DNA of 64,000 bases, from NCBI GenBank assembly GCA_030650425.1, contig JAUSED010000003.1:199903-263902 (forward strand). The letters are read 5' to 3'. Both the position numbers and the translations under genes were made by a program. Shown here one piece after another: positions 33,161 to 43,867 of this stretch (the first letter of the stretch is position 1; each line of letters starts with the position of its first letter). Source of the DNA: Candidatus Omnitrophota bacterium. Lineage in GTDB: Bacteria; Omnitrophota; Gorgyraeia; Gygaellales; Profunditerraquicolaceae. Under the pieces are notes generated by a model, which had not been told where the DNA came from, did no database searches, and saw nothing but the letters and a program-made list of their open reading frames with translations.

Positions 33161-34342
33161 ATGCTTTGGTCAAAGACATTTATTCCGACATTAAAAGAAG
33201 TCCCGCAGGAAGCCGAGTCTATTAGTCATCAACTGTTGCTGCGCGCGGGGTTAGTGCGCATGTTGATGGCCGGTTCGTACTCTTATTTGCCTTTAGGCTT
33301 AAAAGTGCTGGAGAATATACAAACGATCATCCGTCAGGAGATGGATACTTGCGGGGCAGCGGAATTATTATTGCCGGCATTGCAGCCATTGGAACTTTGG
33401 CAGCGTACCGGTAGGGATAAAGATCTAGGCGAGGTTATGCTGAAGATTACCGACCGCAGGGGGAGAAAAATCTGTTTAGGCCCGACGCATGAAGAGGCAA
33501 TCACGGATTTAGTGAGGAGCCACGTCTCAAGTTACAAACAGCTTCCGCTGGTCTTATACCAGATTCAGACTAAATTCCGCGATGAGATGCGCCCGCGTTT
33601 CGGGTTGATTCGCGCCTGCGAATTCATCATGAAAGACGCTTATAGTTTTGATCAAGATGAAGCGGGTTTAGATAAGAATTATCAGGCGATGTATGAGGCC
33701 TATCAGAGGATATTCAAGCGCTGCGGGTTAAGGATCGTTACCACCGAAGCGGATTCAGGAGTAATGGGAGGAAAGGTTTCGCATGAATTTATGGTCCCGG
33801 CCAAAGACGGCGAAGACGTGGTTACGGTCGGAGCGGAAAAAGTAAATGCCATTGAGGTTGGGCATATCTTTAAGTTGGGGACGAAATACAGCGTTTCTTT
33901 GGCCGCGCAATTCCTGGATGCCAAAGGTAAACTGCAGCCGATAATCATGGGTTGTTATGGGATTGGCGTTTCGCGCTTAATTTCAGCGGTAATTGAACAG
34001 AATAATGATCCCAACGGGATTATTTGGCCTAATGAAGTAACCCCCTATAAGGCCATCATTCTGGCTTTAGATTCCGGAGATAAGAATATTATGGATCTAG
34101 CTTTAAGTGTCTATCAGGAATTACAGCAGGCAGGGGTGGATACCTTGTTTGATGACCGTGACGAGCGGGCAGGGGTTAAATTCAAGGATGCCGACCTTCT
34201 GGGGATTCCTTTGCAGATAATTATCGGTAAAGGCGCGTTGCGCGATGGCTCTTTGGAACTTAAAATCCGGCGCAGCCAGGAAAAAATCATTAAACCGAAA
34301 GCAGAGGTATTGCAAGAAATAATAAGATTAGCCAATGGATAG
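33161..34342 (+). CDS. proS: prolyl-tRNA synthetase, short bacterial-like form lacking INS editing domain
   Basis: TLKEVPQEAESISHQLLLRAG...YLPLGLKVLENI matches the ProRS N-terminus. Catalytic core plus anticodon-binding domain only (393 aa). Confidence 0.8.
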   Translation: MLWSKTFIPTLKEVPQEAESISHQLLLRAGLVRMLMAGSYSYLPLGLKVLENIQTIIRQEMDTCGAAELLLPALQPLELWQRTGRDKDLGEVMLKITDRRGRKICLGPTHEEAITDLVRSHVSSYKQLPLVLYQIQTKFRDEMRPRFGLIRACEFIMKDAYSFDQDEAGLDKNYQAMYEAYQRIFKRCGLRIVTTEADSGVMGGKVSHEFMVPAKDGEDVVTVGAEKVNAIEVGHIFKLGTKYSVSLAAQFLDAKGKLQPIIMGCYGIGVSRLISAVIEQNNDPNGIIWPNEVTPYKAIILALDSGDKNIMDLALSVYQELQQAGVDTLFDDRDERAGVKFKDADLLGIPLQIIIGKGALRDGSLELKIRRSQEKIIKPKAEVLQEIIRLANG

Positions 34343-34793
34343 AGAAGCTATAATCGGAGAATTTCAAGTTTTCTTGAAGGATTTCTTGAAAGCAAGAAAT
34401 CTAGAATTAATCGAGGTAATCCATCGGTATGAGGGAAGAGATTTATTCCTGCGTATTTTGGTAGATAAACCCGAAGGTGGGATAAGCCTCGGAGAATGCG
34501 CCCTACTTAACCGGGAATTAGGCGATATTCTCGATGAAAAGAATATCTTGGAGCAAAGATATATTTTAGAGGTTTCTTCTCCCGGTTTAGATCGGCCGCT
34601 TAAGACCGAGGCTGATTTTATCCGTTTTCTGAATAAGAAGGCAAAATTCTTTTTGAGCGAAGTGATCAACGGGAAACTGGAATGGGACGGCGTGATTAAT
34701 AAGGTTAATGAAGGGAAGGTTTACGTTAATACAGGAGAAGTTATTCTTGAAATACCTTTGGGTAAGATCAATAAAGCAAAACTAATTATTTAA
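34335..34793 (+). CDS. rimP: ribosome maturation factor RimP
   Basis: LFLRILVDKPEGGISLGECALLNRELGDILD; sits upstream of nusA. Confidence 0.8.
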   Translation: MDREAIIGEFQVFLKDFLKARNLELIEVIHRYEGRDLFLRILVDKPEGGISLGECALLNRELGDILDEKNILEQRYILEVSSPGLDRPLKTEADFIRFLNKKAKFFLSEVINGKLEWDGVINKVNEGKVYVNTGEVILEIPLGKINKAKLII

Positions 34794-34806
34794 GACTGGA
34801 GAAAAA

Positions 34807-36039
34807 ATGAGTCAGGAATTATTGGCAATCATCGAACAGATTGAAAGAGAAAAAGGGATTAAAAAAGAAGTACTAATTCAGGCGGTGGAGAGCGCTATGC
34901 TCAGCGCCGCTAAGCGCGTAATTGATCTTAAGCCGGATGAGGAATTTAGAGTGGAGATCGACCGGAATAGCGGTAAGATCCGCGCCTGGAAGAGTAATCA
35001 AGAGATTACCTCTATTGATTTCGGCCGGATCGCCGCCTCTACCGCGCGTCAGGTGATTATTCAAAAGATGCGCGAAGCGGAAAAAGACGTTATTTTCAAT
35101 GAATTCCAAGGCAGGGTAGGCGAGATTGTCAGCGGCACGGTCTATCGTTTTGAAAAGGGAAACATTATTATCGATCTTTTGGGTAAAGCCGAAGGGGTAT
35201 TGCTTAAGCGCGAACAGTCTCCTAAGGAAGAATTCAAACAGGGCCAGCGTATCCGGGCCTATGTTTTAGAGGTTAAAAAAGATACAAAGGGCGCGCAAAT
35301 TATCCTCTCGCGTACGCACCCGAGCCTGGTGAAAAAATTATTTGAACTGGAAGTTCCCGAGATCTATGAAGGGATCGTTGAGATTAAGGCGATCTCCCGT
35401 CAGGCAGGGGAGCGCACTAAAATCGCTGTTTATTCCAAGAACGACAAAGTAGATTCAGTAGGCGCCTGCGTGGGTATGCGCGGTAACCGGGTAAGGAATA
35501 TTGTCAATGAGGTTTACGGAGAGAAGATTGATATCGTGCGTTTTAATGAGGATATCCGCGAATATATCAAGAACGCGCTTTCTCCGGCGAAGGTCTCGCA
35601 GATCAATCTGGATAAAGAACACCAAAAGGCTGAAGTCATCGTTGAAGATGACCAGCTCTCTTTAGCTATAGGTAAGCACGGCCAGAATGTCAGGCTTGCC
35701 TCTAAGCTTATCGGTTGGGATTTGGATATCCGAACCAAGACAACAACAGCTGAAGCCTTGGCTAAAGAAAAGGCCGCCAAGTCTGCTCAAGAGGAAGTTG
35801 CGATGGTTGAAGAAACTGAGGCCAAGAAACCCAAGAAAGAGAAGAAAAAGAAGAAGGCAGAGGTTTCGCTGGAAGAATTATCCGGTATAGGAGAAAAAAC
35901 TTTAGCCAGCCTAAAAGTTGCGGGGATTAATACCATTGCTGATTTACTTGAAGCCAAATTAGAAGGCCTGTTGAAAATAAAGGGTATTGGCGAGAAAAAA
36001 GCTGAGAAGTTGATTGCCGAAGCCAAGGCTAAGAAATAA
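34807..36039 (+). CDS. nusA: transcription termination/antitermination factor NusA
   Basis: S1 and KH domains (GMRGNRVRNIVNE), Lys-rich linker and C-terminal HhH pair. Confidence 0.9.
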   Translation: MSQELLAIIEQIEREKGIKKEVLIQAVESAMLSAAKRVIDLKPDEEFRVEIDRNSGKIRAWKSNQEITSIDFGRIAASTARQVIIQKMREAEKDVIFNEFQGRVGEIVSGTVYRFEKGNIIIDLLGKAEGVLLKREQSPKEEFKQGQRIRAYVLEVKKDTKGAQIILSRTHPSLVKKLFELEVPEIYEGIVEIKAISRQAGERTKIAVYSKNDKVDSVGACVGMRGNRVRNIVNEVYGEKIDIVRFNEDIREYIKNALSPAKVSQINLDKEHQKAEVIVEDDQLSLAIGKHGQNVRLASKLIGWDLDIRTKTTTAEALAKEKAAKSAQEEVAMVEETEAKKPKKEKKKKKAEVSLEELSGIGEKTLASLKVAGINTIADLLEAKLEGLLKIKGIGEKKAEKLIAEAKAKK

Positions 36040-36057
36040 TTAAGAGAGGAAGAAGGG

Positions 36058-38205
36058 ATGATGGTTGTGAAAATAAAAAAAGAAAAGAAGCCAATGAAAA
36101 AGGTAGTCAAATCCGTAACTAAAAAAACAGCCAAGCCGGTTAAAAAGCCGGCTAAAACTGTGGTGAAACCGGTTAAGAAAATCGCGGTCAAGGCCAAGAA
36201 GCCCGCGGCTATTCATCCTGCTCCGGTAATTCCGCCTAAGCCGATTCAGCCGCAACCTAAACCGGTAGTCTATCCTCCGGCTAAGCCTGCCCAACTCCAA
36301 GCCAAACCAATAGTCCATCCTCCGAAACAAGAACTCCTACCGGTCAAATTACATCCTAAGCCCCCCGTACATGTACATGCGCTAAAACCAGAACTAAGAG
36401 AAGAGATAAAACCCGAAGTTAAGGCTGTTCCCGCTGCCGTAGTCGTTGAACTTAAAGAATTAGAGCTGCAACTTCCGATTACCGTTAAGGATTTGGCGAT
36501 TAAATTGCAGGAAAAGCCTTCGATTATTATTAAGTATCTGATGGATGCCAAGATAATGGCCGGGATAAATCAGGTTTTGGATGAGCCGGTAGCGGTGAAG
36601 ATCTGCGAGAAATACCGCTGCAAAATCAAGAAGGCGCTTAATCAGGAAGAAATAGCCTTGAGCAGTCATCAGGCCAAAGACGATCCCAAAAATTTGAAGC
36701 CGCGTTCTCCGATCGTTACTTTTATGGGCCATGTTGATCACGGGAAGACTTCGCTCTTGGACGCGATAAGAAAAACGAAAGTTGCTGAAGGTGAACATGG
36801 CGGTATTACCCAGCATATCGGCGCCTACAGGGTAGTTTTACCGAGCGGAGAAATTACTTTTCTGGATACGCCGGGACACGAGGCTTTTACAGCCATGCGT
36901 TCGCGCGGAGCAAGTATCACCGATATTGTTGTTTTGGTGGTGGCAGCGGATGACGGAATAATGCCGCAGACTCAGGAAGCTATCGACCATGCCCGGGCAG
37001 CCGGCGTTTCGATCATTGTAGCCGTGAATAAAATTGACAAAGCAGGCGCGGATATAGATATGGTAAAAAAGCAATTGGCTAAACTTGATTTAAACCCCGA
37101 AGATTGGGGAGGTAAGACGATCACCGTACCTGTCTCGGCAAAAACAGGGGAGGGTATCGATAATTTATTGGAGATGATTATTTTGGAAGCGCAGATGCTG
37201 GAGTTAAAAGCCAATCCTAACCGCCTTGCCCGCGGCATAGTGATTGAAGCCCAGATGTCTAAAGGCCGCGGGCCTGTATCCACCTTGCTAGTCCAAAACG
37301 GAACTTTACATTTAAACGCGAATATTATTGTGGGAAATTTTTACGGTAAGATCAGGGCGATGTTTAACGACCATGGCCAGGCAGTGACCAGCGCTACTCC
37401 TTCCGTGCCTGTCGAGGTGTTAGGTATTTCAGGCGTTCCAGCTGCCGGAGAGCAATTTTTTGCTATCGCCGACGAAAAAGAGGCTAAAGAACTGGCCGCG
37501 GGCCGCCTGGAAAAAGAAAAGCAACAACAGGTAAAAACCGTTAAACACATCACCCTCGAAGATCTGCACGCCCAGATTTTGGCAGGTAAAATCAAGGATT
37601 TGAAACTGATTATCAAAGCAGATGTGCAGGGCTCACTTGAGGCTATCAAAGAGACCTTAAGTAAATTAAATGTCTCGGAGATAAAACTAGAGTTCATACA
37701 CTCCGGCGTGGGTAATATTAATAATTCCGACGTCATCCTGGCGATGGCCTCTGATGCTCTTATCCTTGGATTTAATGTGGAGATGGACGACTTGGCCCGT
37801 GAATTGGTCAACAAAGAAGGGGTTGATGTTAGAACTTATAACATTATCTATGAATTAGCCAATGATGTGAAAGCGGCTATCGAAGGAATGCTCACCCCTA
37901 AGCTAAAGAAAACCTTATTGGGGAGAGCTGAAATCAGAAAGGTCTTTAAATTATCGCGCTCAGGGATCATTGCCGGTTGTTTTGTGGTAAAAGGTAAATT
38001 TACCCGTAATTGCGTAGTGGACTTGGTGAGGAACGGGCAGGTGATTTTTGAAGGTAAGCTTTCTTCATTAAAGCGTTTTAAAGACGATGTACGCGAAGTA
38101 GCCGAAGGTTTTGAGTGCGGGATGAGTATAGCGGGGTTTGACCAGGTGATGGAAGGCGATCTGATTGAAGGGTATGAGATAGAGAAGATAGCAAGGAAGT
38201 TGTAA
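36058..38205 (+). CDS. infB: translation initiation factor IF-2
   Basis: Pro/Lys-rich N-terminus; [12 protein letters not shown]; DTPGHEAF; NKIDK. Confidence 0.9.
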   Translation: MMVVKIKKEKKPMKKVVKSVTKKTAKPVKKPAKTVVKPVKKIAVKAKKPAAIHPAPVIPPKPIQPQPKPVVYPPAKPAQLQAKPIVHPPKQELLPVKLHPKPPVHVHALKPELREEIKPEVKAVPAAVVVELKELELQLPITVKDLAIKLQEKPSIIIKYLMDAKIMAGINQVLDEPVAVKICEKYRCKIKKALNQEEIALSSHQAKDDPKNLKPRSPIVTFMGHVDHGKTSLLDAIRKTKVAEGEHGGITQHIGAYRVVLPSGEITFLDTPGHEAFTAMRSRGASITDIVVLVVAADDGIMPQTQEAIDHARAAGVSIIVAVNKIDKAGADIDMVKKQLAKLDLNPEDWGGKTITVPVSAKTGEGIDNLLEMIILEAQMLELKANPNRLARGIVIEAQMSKGRGPVSTLLVQNGTLHLNANIIVGNFYGKIRAMFNDHGQAVTSATPSVPVEVLGISGVPAAGEQFFAIADEKEAKELAAGRLEKEKQQQVKTVKHITLEDLHAQILAGKIKDLKLIIKADVQGSLEAIKETLSKLNVSEIKLEFIHSGVGNINNSDVILAMASDALILGFNVEMDDLARELVNKEGVDVRTYNIIYELANDVKAAIEGMLTPKLKKTLLGRAEIRKVFKLSRSGIIAGCFVVKGKFTRNCVVDLVRNGQVIFEGKLSSLKRFKDDVREVAEGFECGMSIAGFDQVMEGDLIEGYEIEKIARKL

Positions 38206-39185
38206 TGAAAAAGCGAATACTTAGCGGAATGCGGCCAACCGGGAAATTGCACCTCGGCCATTTAGTCGGCGCCTTGGATAACTGGATCAAGCTTCAGGAT
38301 GAATATGATTGTTTATTCATGGCCGCGGATTGGCACGCTTTAATGAGTGAATATGAAGATACCGCTCTTCTTTCTGAAAATACCCTTGATAATGTGCTTG
38401 ACTGGTTAAGCGCGGGGATTGACCCTAATAAAGCCACCATCTTTATTCAGTCGCATGTTCCGCAGCACGCGGAGTTACATATGATTTTTTCCTGTATTAC
38501 CCCGTTAGGGATATTAGAGCGCTGTCCCACTTATAAAGAACAGATGCGCGAGGTAAAGACGCGGGATTTAAATACCTATGGATTTTTAGGTTATCCGGTC
38601 CTGCAGGCGGCAGATATACTGCTTTATAAGGCGGATAAAGTTCCCGTAGGCCAGGATCAACTGCCGCATTTGGAGCTCACCCGCGAGATTGCCCGGCTGT
38701 TTAACAATTTATCCAAGAAAGAAACCTTTCCTTCTCCGGACGCGATTTTAACTAAGACGCCAAAGCTCTTGGGCCTTGACGGCCGCAAGATGAGCAAGAG
38801 CTATATGAATACAATTAATCTTTCCGATACTGCTGATTTGATCACGCGTAAGATTTCAACCATGTTTACTGACCCTAAAAGGATTAAGTTAACTGACGCG
38901 GGCCATCCGGATATCTGCAATGTATTTTCTTATTATTCCATATTCGTTCCGGAAGTTAAAAACGATGTCTATAATTGGTGCTCAAACGCGAAATCAGGCT
39001 GTACAGAGTGTAAAAAGAGGCTGGCCGCGCATATCATTGAGAAAGTCGCGCCTATCCAGCAGAAAAGAGCGCTCCTCTTAAAAGATAAGGCGGGCTTAAA
39101 GAAGATCTTGGATGAGGGAGCTAAAAAAGCCTCAAGTATCGCGTCCGAGACAATGAAAGAAGCGCGTAAGGCGATAAATTTATGA
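38205..39185 (+). CDS. trpS: tryptophanyl-tRNA synthetase
   Basis: ILSGMRPTGKLHLGHLVG (HIGH); KMSKS. Confidence 0.9.
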   Translation: MKKRILSGMRPTGKLHLGHLVGALDNWIKLQDEYDCLFMAADWHALMSEYEDTALLSENTLDNVLDWLSAGIDPNKATIFIQSHVPQHAELHMIFSCITPLGILERCPTYKEQMREVKTRDLNTYGFLGYPVLQAADILLYKADKVPVGQDQLPHLELTREIARLFNNLSKKETFPSPDAILTKTPKLLGLDGRKMSKSYMNTINLSDTADLITRKISTMFTDPKRIKLTDAGHPDICNVFSYYSIFVPEVKNDVYNWCSNAKSGCTECKKRLAAHIIEKVAPIQQKRALLLKDKAGLKKILDEGAKKASSIASETMKEARKAINL

Positions 39186-39940
39186 ATTACAAGATAAAAT
39201 TAGAAATCTTTGAAGGCCCCTTAGACCTGCTCCTTTACTTAGTCAAAAAAGACCACCTGAATATTTATGATATTCCTATCTCCAAGGTAACTGAGCAGTA
39301 TTCGCAATATTTGAATCTGATGCAGATGCTGGATTTAAATATTGCCGGAGAATTTCTGGTGATGGCGGCTACGCTGATGCAGATTAAATCCAAGATGCTG
39401 CTTCCCGCCCAAGAAGGAGCGACGGAAGAAGCGCAGGAGGATCCGCGCGAAGAGCTGGTCAGGCGCCTGCTGGAATACGAAAAATTCAAGGAGATAGCTG
39501 AAAACCTGCGTAAAAAAGAAACTGACCAGCGTGAAATATTCAAGCGGCCTAAGCTTGAGGCGGAGAAAAAGCCGCAAGAGGATAAAGAAACTTATTTTGA
39601 GGCGAGCATCTTTGATCTGATCAATGCTTTTTCTCAGGCGCTCAAAGATATTCCCAAGGAAGTTTTTTATGAAGTAGTTAAAGATAAATTCACCGTGGAG
39701 GAGGCCACCCATCAAATCCTCCATTTATTATTGGTTAAACCGGAAGTCAAGCTCTCCGAACTTTTTGGCCAAGCTAAAAATAAATTAGAGATCATCGTTA
39801 CCTTCTTAGCGATATTGGAATTAATCAAAGTAAAAGAAATTACTGCCCGTCAATCGGAATTATTTCAGGAGATAGAGATCGTCAGAAACAAGGAGAACAT
39901 CATTCCTTATGAGCGAAGAGACCCGGGAAGCGCTGCTTAG
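39182..39940 (+). CDS. scpA: segregation and condensation protein A
   Basis: FEGPLDLLLYLVKKDHLNIYDIPISKVTEQY is the ScpA N-terminus. Confidence 0.8.
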   Translation: MNYKIKLEIFEGPLDLLLYLVKKDHLNIYDIPISKVTEQYSQYLNLMQMLDLNIAGEFLVMAATLMQIKSKMLLPAQEGATEEAQEDPREELVRRLLEYEKFKEIAENLRKKETDQREIFKRPKLEAEKKPQEDKETYFEASIFDLINAFSQALKDIPKEVFYEVVKDKFTVEEATHQILHLLLVKPEVKLSELFGQAKNKLEIIVTFLAILELIKVKEITARQSELFQEIEIVRNKENIIPYERRDPGSAA

Positions 39941-40961
39941 GGGAGCGCCGAATATAATTAATAATAAGGAATCCGAAGAGGATGTGGTTTTAAATATCTC
40001 TTTGCGTCCGAATAAATTTACGGAATTTGTCGGGCATAAAGAGATAGTCGATAACCTGAAGATTTCTATTCAGGCGGCTAAGCAGAGGCAAGAGCCTCTG
40101 GAGCATGTTTTATTAAGCGGGCCTCCCGGTTTGGGCAAGACCTCTTTATCGCATATTATCGCCCATGAAATGGGCGCGAAGATTACCGCGACGAGCGGGC
40201 CGGCGATTGAGCGCGCCGGAGACCTGATCGGCATCTTGACCAACCTTGAAAGAGGGGACATCCTTTTTATCGATGAAATCCATCGTCTTTCAAAAGTGGT
40301 AGAAGAATTTTTATACCCGGCGATGGAAGGTTTTCAGATAGATTTTGTGATTGATAAAGGGCCTTACGCTAAAACCATCAAATTTAACCTTAAGCCTTTT
40401 AGCTTAATCGGCGCGACTACCCGTTCAGGTTTGTTGGCGGCTCCTTTAAGAGGAAGATTCGGAATATTTTACAGCCTTGATTTTTATAAAATCGAGGATT
40501 TGGCTAAAATAGTTAAGCATTCAGCGGTGATTTTGGGTGTCGACATAGAAGATGCGGCTGCAACTGAGATCGCCCTGAGGGCTCGGGGTACTCCTAGGAT
40601 AGCTAATCGCCTTCTTCGGCGGATCAGAGACTATGCTCAGGTGTCTAATACAGCGAAAGTCACCCAAAGTATGGCCGCTAAGTCGTTAGATGATTTAGGG
40701 ATTGATAAGGCGGGACTGGATGAACTTGACCGCAAAGTCCTCAGGCTCGTCTTAGATTCTTATAACGGCGGCCCGGTAGGAGTGGAATCTTTAGCTGCCA
40801 GTTTAAATGAAGAAGTGGATACGCTTGCTGATACGGTTGAACCCTATCTCTTAAAGGCCGGCTACCTTAAGCGGACCTCGCGCGGCCGCACCGCCACAAA
40901 AATCGCCTTCGATCACTTTGGTAAAGAATATACCAAAGAGCAGCAAAAAGAATTGTTTTAA
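39909..40961 (+). CDS. ruvB: Holliday junction branch migration helicase RuvB
   Basis: LRPNKFTEFVGHKEIVDNL...LLSGPPGLGKTSLSHIIA...DEIHRL. Confidence 0.9.
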   Translation: MSEETREALLRGAPNIINNKESEEDVVLNISLRPNKFTEFVGHKEIVDNLKISIQAAKQRQEPLEHVLLSGPPGLGKTSLSHIIAHEMGAKITATSGPAIERAGDLIGILTNLERGDILFIDEIHRLSKVVEEFLYPAMEGFQIDFVIDKGPYAKTIKFNLKPFSLIGATTRSGLLAAPLRGRFGIFYSLDFYKIEDLAKIVKHSAVILGVDIEDAAATEIALRARGTPRIANRLLRRIRDYAQVSNTAKVTQSMAAKSLDDLGIDKAGLDELDRKVLRLVLDSYNGGPVGVESLAASLNEEVDTLADTVEPYLLKAGYLKRTSRGRTATKIAFDHFGKEYTKEQQKELF

Positions 40962-40970
40962 GGATGTCAA

Positions 40971-41504
40971 ATGAAGCTCTTACTGCATACCTGCTGCGCG
41001 CCGTGCCTGATTTATCCTCTGGAAAAATTATCGCTCGAAGGTTTTAAGGTCACGGGTTTTTTCTATAATCCGAATATCCATCCTCTCGCTGAATATATTA
41101 AGAGAAGAGAGGCCTTGGCAGTTTTAGGTTCAGCTATAGAAATTATTTATCCTGAATATTCTCCCCGCGATTTTTTCCGCGCGGTTAATTTGCAAGAGGC
41201 TGCTCCGGAAAGATGCGTTTTATGCTGGAGATTGAGGCTCAAAAAAACAGCTCAAGCCGCCAAAGGTTCGGGTTTTCAATATTTTACCACTACGCTTTTA
41301 GTCAGCCCTTATCAGGATCAGGAGTTATTGAAAAAGATTGGAAGCGAGGTCGGGAAGGAAGAAGGAGTAGAGTTTTATTACGCTGATTTCCGGCCCGGCT
41401 TTAGGCAGGCGCATAATGAAGCGCGCGCAAAAGGCGTTTACTGCCAGAAATATTGCGGTTGTATTTATTCGGGAATAGAACGCTCTATAAAAAAGAATGA
41501 ATAA
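40971..41504 (+). CDS. queH: epoxyqueuosine reductase QueH (DUF208)
   Basis: LLLHTCCAPC N-terminal Cys motif; ~177 aa; located between ruvB and queA/tgt. Confidence 0.7.
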   Translation: MKLLLHTCCAPCLIYPLEKLSLEGFKVTGFFYNPNIHPLAEYIKRREALAVLGSAIEIIYPEYSPRDFFRAVNLQEAAPERCVLCWRLRLKKTAQAAKGSGFQYFTTTLLVSPYQDQELLKKIGSEVGKEEGVEFYYADFRPGFRQAHNEARAKGVYCQKYCGCIYSGIERSIKKNE

Positions 41505-42624
41505 CAAACTATCCATTATAACATTGACTTGTCTGCTTGTGATTAGTATCTTTAGCCCTACTTATGCCTCCGAGACCGTGCGTATAGCGATTATCCAAGA
41601 CACTTCATCCCTAAGCCTTAAGATTAAAGGTTTCTTCCAAATCAGGGATTTAGAAAAGCATAAAATCATCTACCACGCTAAAAGCATCGAGACAACCGTA
41701 ACCACCTATAAAAGCGGGATTGTTATCGGAGGGATTAAACCGGCTTCAGATAAGCTCTTGATTGAGTCAGATGACCCTGAGGCCTTCCTGATTAATGGCA
41801 AGTCCTTCCGGGGGAATATCCAACTAATCAAGAAGAGCAATAATAAACTATTGGTGATTAATTGTATTGAGCTTGAGGATTATATTAAGGGAATTCTGTA
41901 TCATGAATCTTCGCATTATTGGCCGATGGAGGCTTTAAAGGCGCAGGCGATTATCTCGCGTACTTACGCGCTTTATCAAATGCAGGAAAATAGGCGTAAA
42001 GATTTTGATCTGACCAGCGACATTTATTCTCAGGTTTATGGAGGAGAAGCTTCTGAGCGTTTTCGCACGAACAAGGCAGTGGATGAGACGCAAGGTAAAG
42101 CTCTCTTTTTTAAGGGAAAGATCATCCCGGCTTATTTTCACGCCACCTGCGGCGGGCATACGGAAGACGCGGCTCTCCTTTGGAATATCGATTTAGCGCC
42201 TTTAAAAGGAGTAGTCTGCCCTTATTGCAAAGAATCACCGCATTTTAACTGGCATTATGATTTTGGGCTAAAGGATATAGAAAAGAAGTTATCCGCTAAA
42301 GGATTTAAGCTAAAAAATATAACTAATCTAGGGATAGAAGGAAAAGATGCTTCGGGAAGGATTACTAATCTCATCATTAATTCAGAGCAGGGAGAAACTA
42401 AAGTCTCGGCTAAAGATTTTCGCGAGACGATCGGCCCAAATCTTATCCGGAGCACTAATTTTTCCGTGGCCATAGAGGGAAAAGACGCGGTTTTTGAAGG
42501 GATTGGCTGGGGACATGGCGTGGGGCTTTGCCAGTGGGGCGCCTATTTTATGGCTAAGGATGGCAAGAGCGCCGAAGAGATCTTAAAATATTACTATCCG
42601 GGGACAAATGTTAAAACTTTCTAA
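41497..42624 (+). CDS. SpoIID/LytB-domain protein (cell-wall amidase enhancer family)
   Basis: Signal peptide; YFHATCGGHTEDA motif. Confidence 0.7.
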   Translation: MNNKLSIITLTCLLVISIFSPTYASETVRIAIIQDTSSLSLKIKGFFQIRDLEKHKIIYHAKSIETTVTTYKSGIVIGGIKPASDKLLIESDDPEAFLINGKSFRGNIQLIKKSNNKLLVINCIELEDYIKGILYHESSHYWPMEALKAQAIISRTYALYQMQENRRKDFDLTSDIYSQVYGGEASERFRTNKAVDETQGKALFFKGKIIPAYFHATCGGHTEDAALLWNIDLAPLKGVVCPYCKESPHFNWHYDFGLKDIEKKLSAKGFKLKNITNLGIEGKDASGRITNLIINSEQGETKVSAKDFRETIGPNLIRSTNFSVAIEGKDAVFEGIGWGHGVGLCQWGAYFMAKDGKSAEEILKYYYPGTNVKTF

Positions 42625-43600
42625 TTTCGATTATCCCTTACCTAAAGAATTAATCGCCCAATATCCGCTTAAGGAGAGGGAGAGCGCGCGGCTGCTGGTG
42701 GTTAATCGGAGCGATAATTCAATCGAGCATAAAATATTTAAAGATCTAACGGGTTACCTTAAACAAAGCGATCTTTTAGTTCTAAATGATACCAAGGTGC
42801 TTACCTGCCGCTTGATGGGCCATAAGGCTACTGGCGGAAAAGTCGAGATTTTATTAACGAAACGTAAGAGCGGCTCTACTTTTGACGCGCTGATCCAGCC
42901 TAGCCGTACCAAAATCGGCGAAAAGATTTTTTTCGGTAAAAATGAAATCGCGGGAGTGGTCACTAACCGCAAAGAGATTACTTTTCAGCCAAAAGATGCT
43001 GATAGAATCTATGGGTTTGGAGAGGTTCCGCTTCCGCCTTATATAAAAAGAGAGCCTGAAGAGCTGGATAAAGAATATTATCAGACGGTTTATGCGGATA
43101 GGGAAGGCGCTATCGCTTCTCCGACCGCGGGCCTGCATTTTACCAAGGATTTATTAAAGCAAATAGAAGCGCAAGGGGTAAATATCGCGCATTTAACTTT
43201 GCATGTCGGCTTGGGCACATTTAAGCCGGTCATCACTGATGATATTACTGAGCATCAGATGGAGCCGGAGACTTTTCAGGTTTCCAAAAGCGCGCAGGAG
43301 AAGATAGAAGCAGCGCGCAAGAACAAATCGCGGATCATTGCCGTAGGGACAACGTCGCTGAGGGCATTAGAGGCTTATGCCGCAGGCGCCAAAGAAGGCC
43401 AGACTAATCTGTTTATTTACCCGGGTTATAAATTTAAGCTGGTCAATTGCCTGCTGACGAATTTCCATCTGCCCAAGACCACGCTTTTTATGCTCGTCTG
43501 CGCCTTTGGCGGAGAGAAATTAATCAAACAAGCGTATCAGGAAGCACTGGATAAGAAATACCGATTTTACAGCTACGGCGACGCAATGTTGATAATTTAA
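42608..43600 (+). CDS. queA: S-adenosylmethionine:tRNA ribosyltransferase-isomerase
   Basis: LSNFDYPLPKELIAQYPLKERESARLLVV; C-terminal NFHLPKTTLFMLV. Confidence 0.9.
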   Translation: MLKLSNFDYPLPKELIAQYPLKERESARLLVVNRSDNSIEHKIFKDLTGYLKQSDLLVLNDTKVLTCRLMGHKATGGKVEILLTKRKSGSTFDALIQPSRTKIGEKIFFGKNEIAGVVTNRKEITFQPKDADRIYGFGEVPLPPYIKREPEELDKEYYQTVYADREGAIASPTAGLHFTKDLLKQIEAQGVNIAHLTLHVGLGTFKPVITDDITEHQMEPETFQVSKSAQEKIEAARKNKSRIIAVGTTSLRALEAYAAGAKEGQTNLFIYPGYKFKLVNCLLTNFHLPKTTLFMLVCAFGGEKLIKQAYQEALDKKYRFYSYGDAMLII

Positions 43601-43608
43601 CACACCGA

Positions 43609-43663
43609 AAGGGACAGTTTCCGCAGATGGCTATTGCGAAGCTTGGACAGGAAACTGTCCCTT
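43609..43663. repeat. 14-bp perfect inverted repeat AAGGGACAGTTTCC...GGAAACTGTCCCTT enclosing a 27-nt loop, at the left edge of the accessory island
   Basis: Seen directly, 9 nt after the queA stop. Confidence 0.5.
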
Positions 43664-43867
43664 GGGGTCATTTGCTCTAATTGCTCTTTCATGCACCTGT
43701 CAATTTTCTCGCTCAGCACGATTTTTTAACGCCAATGATCTTTCAATGCTCAAGCTCCATTGGCTAAAATCGTGATTCGCTCGAAACTTGCCAGGTTCAT
43801 TTATAAGAATAGGGATCTAGTTTCTCTTTCCAAAAGTAAAGTAAGCAGGTCTAAGAAAGCAGGGCAA

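Noticed and set aside
43601-43760. tRNA/tmRNA as integration target at island edge (also checked 45650-45908 and 47794-47883)
   Set aside because: No cloverleaf-compatible sequence, and no GTTCGAAT-type T-arm or CCA context was recognisable by eye. Only hairpins were seen.
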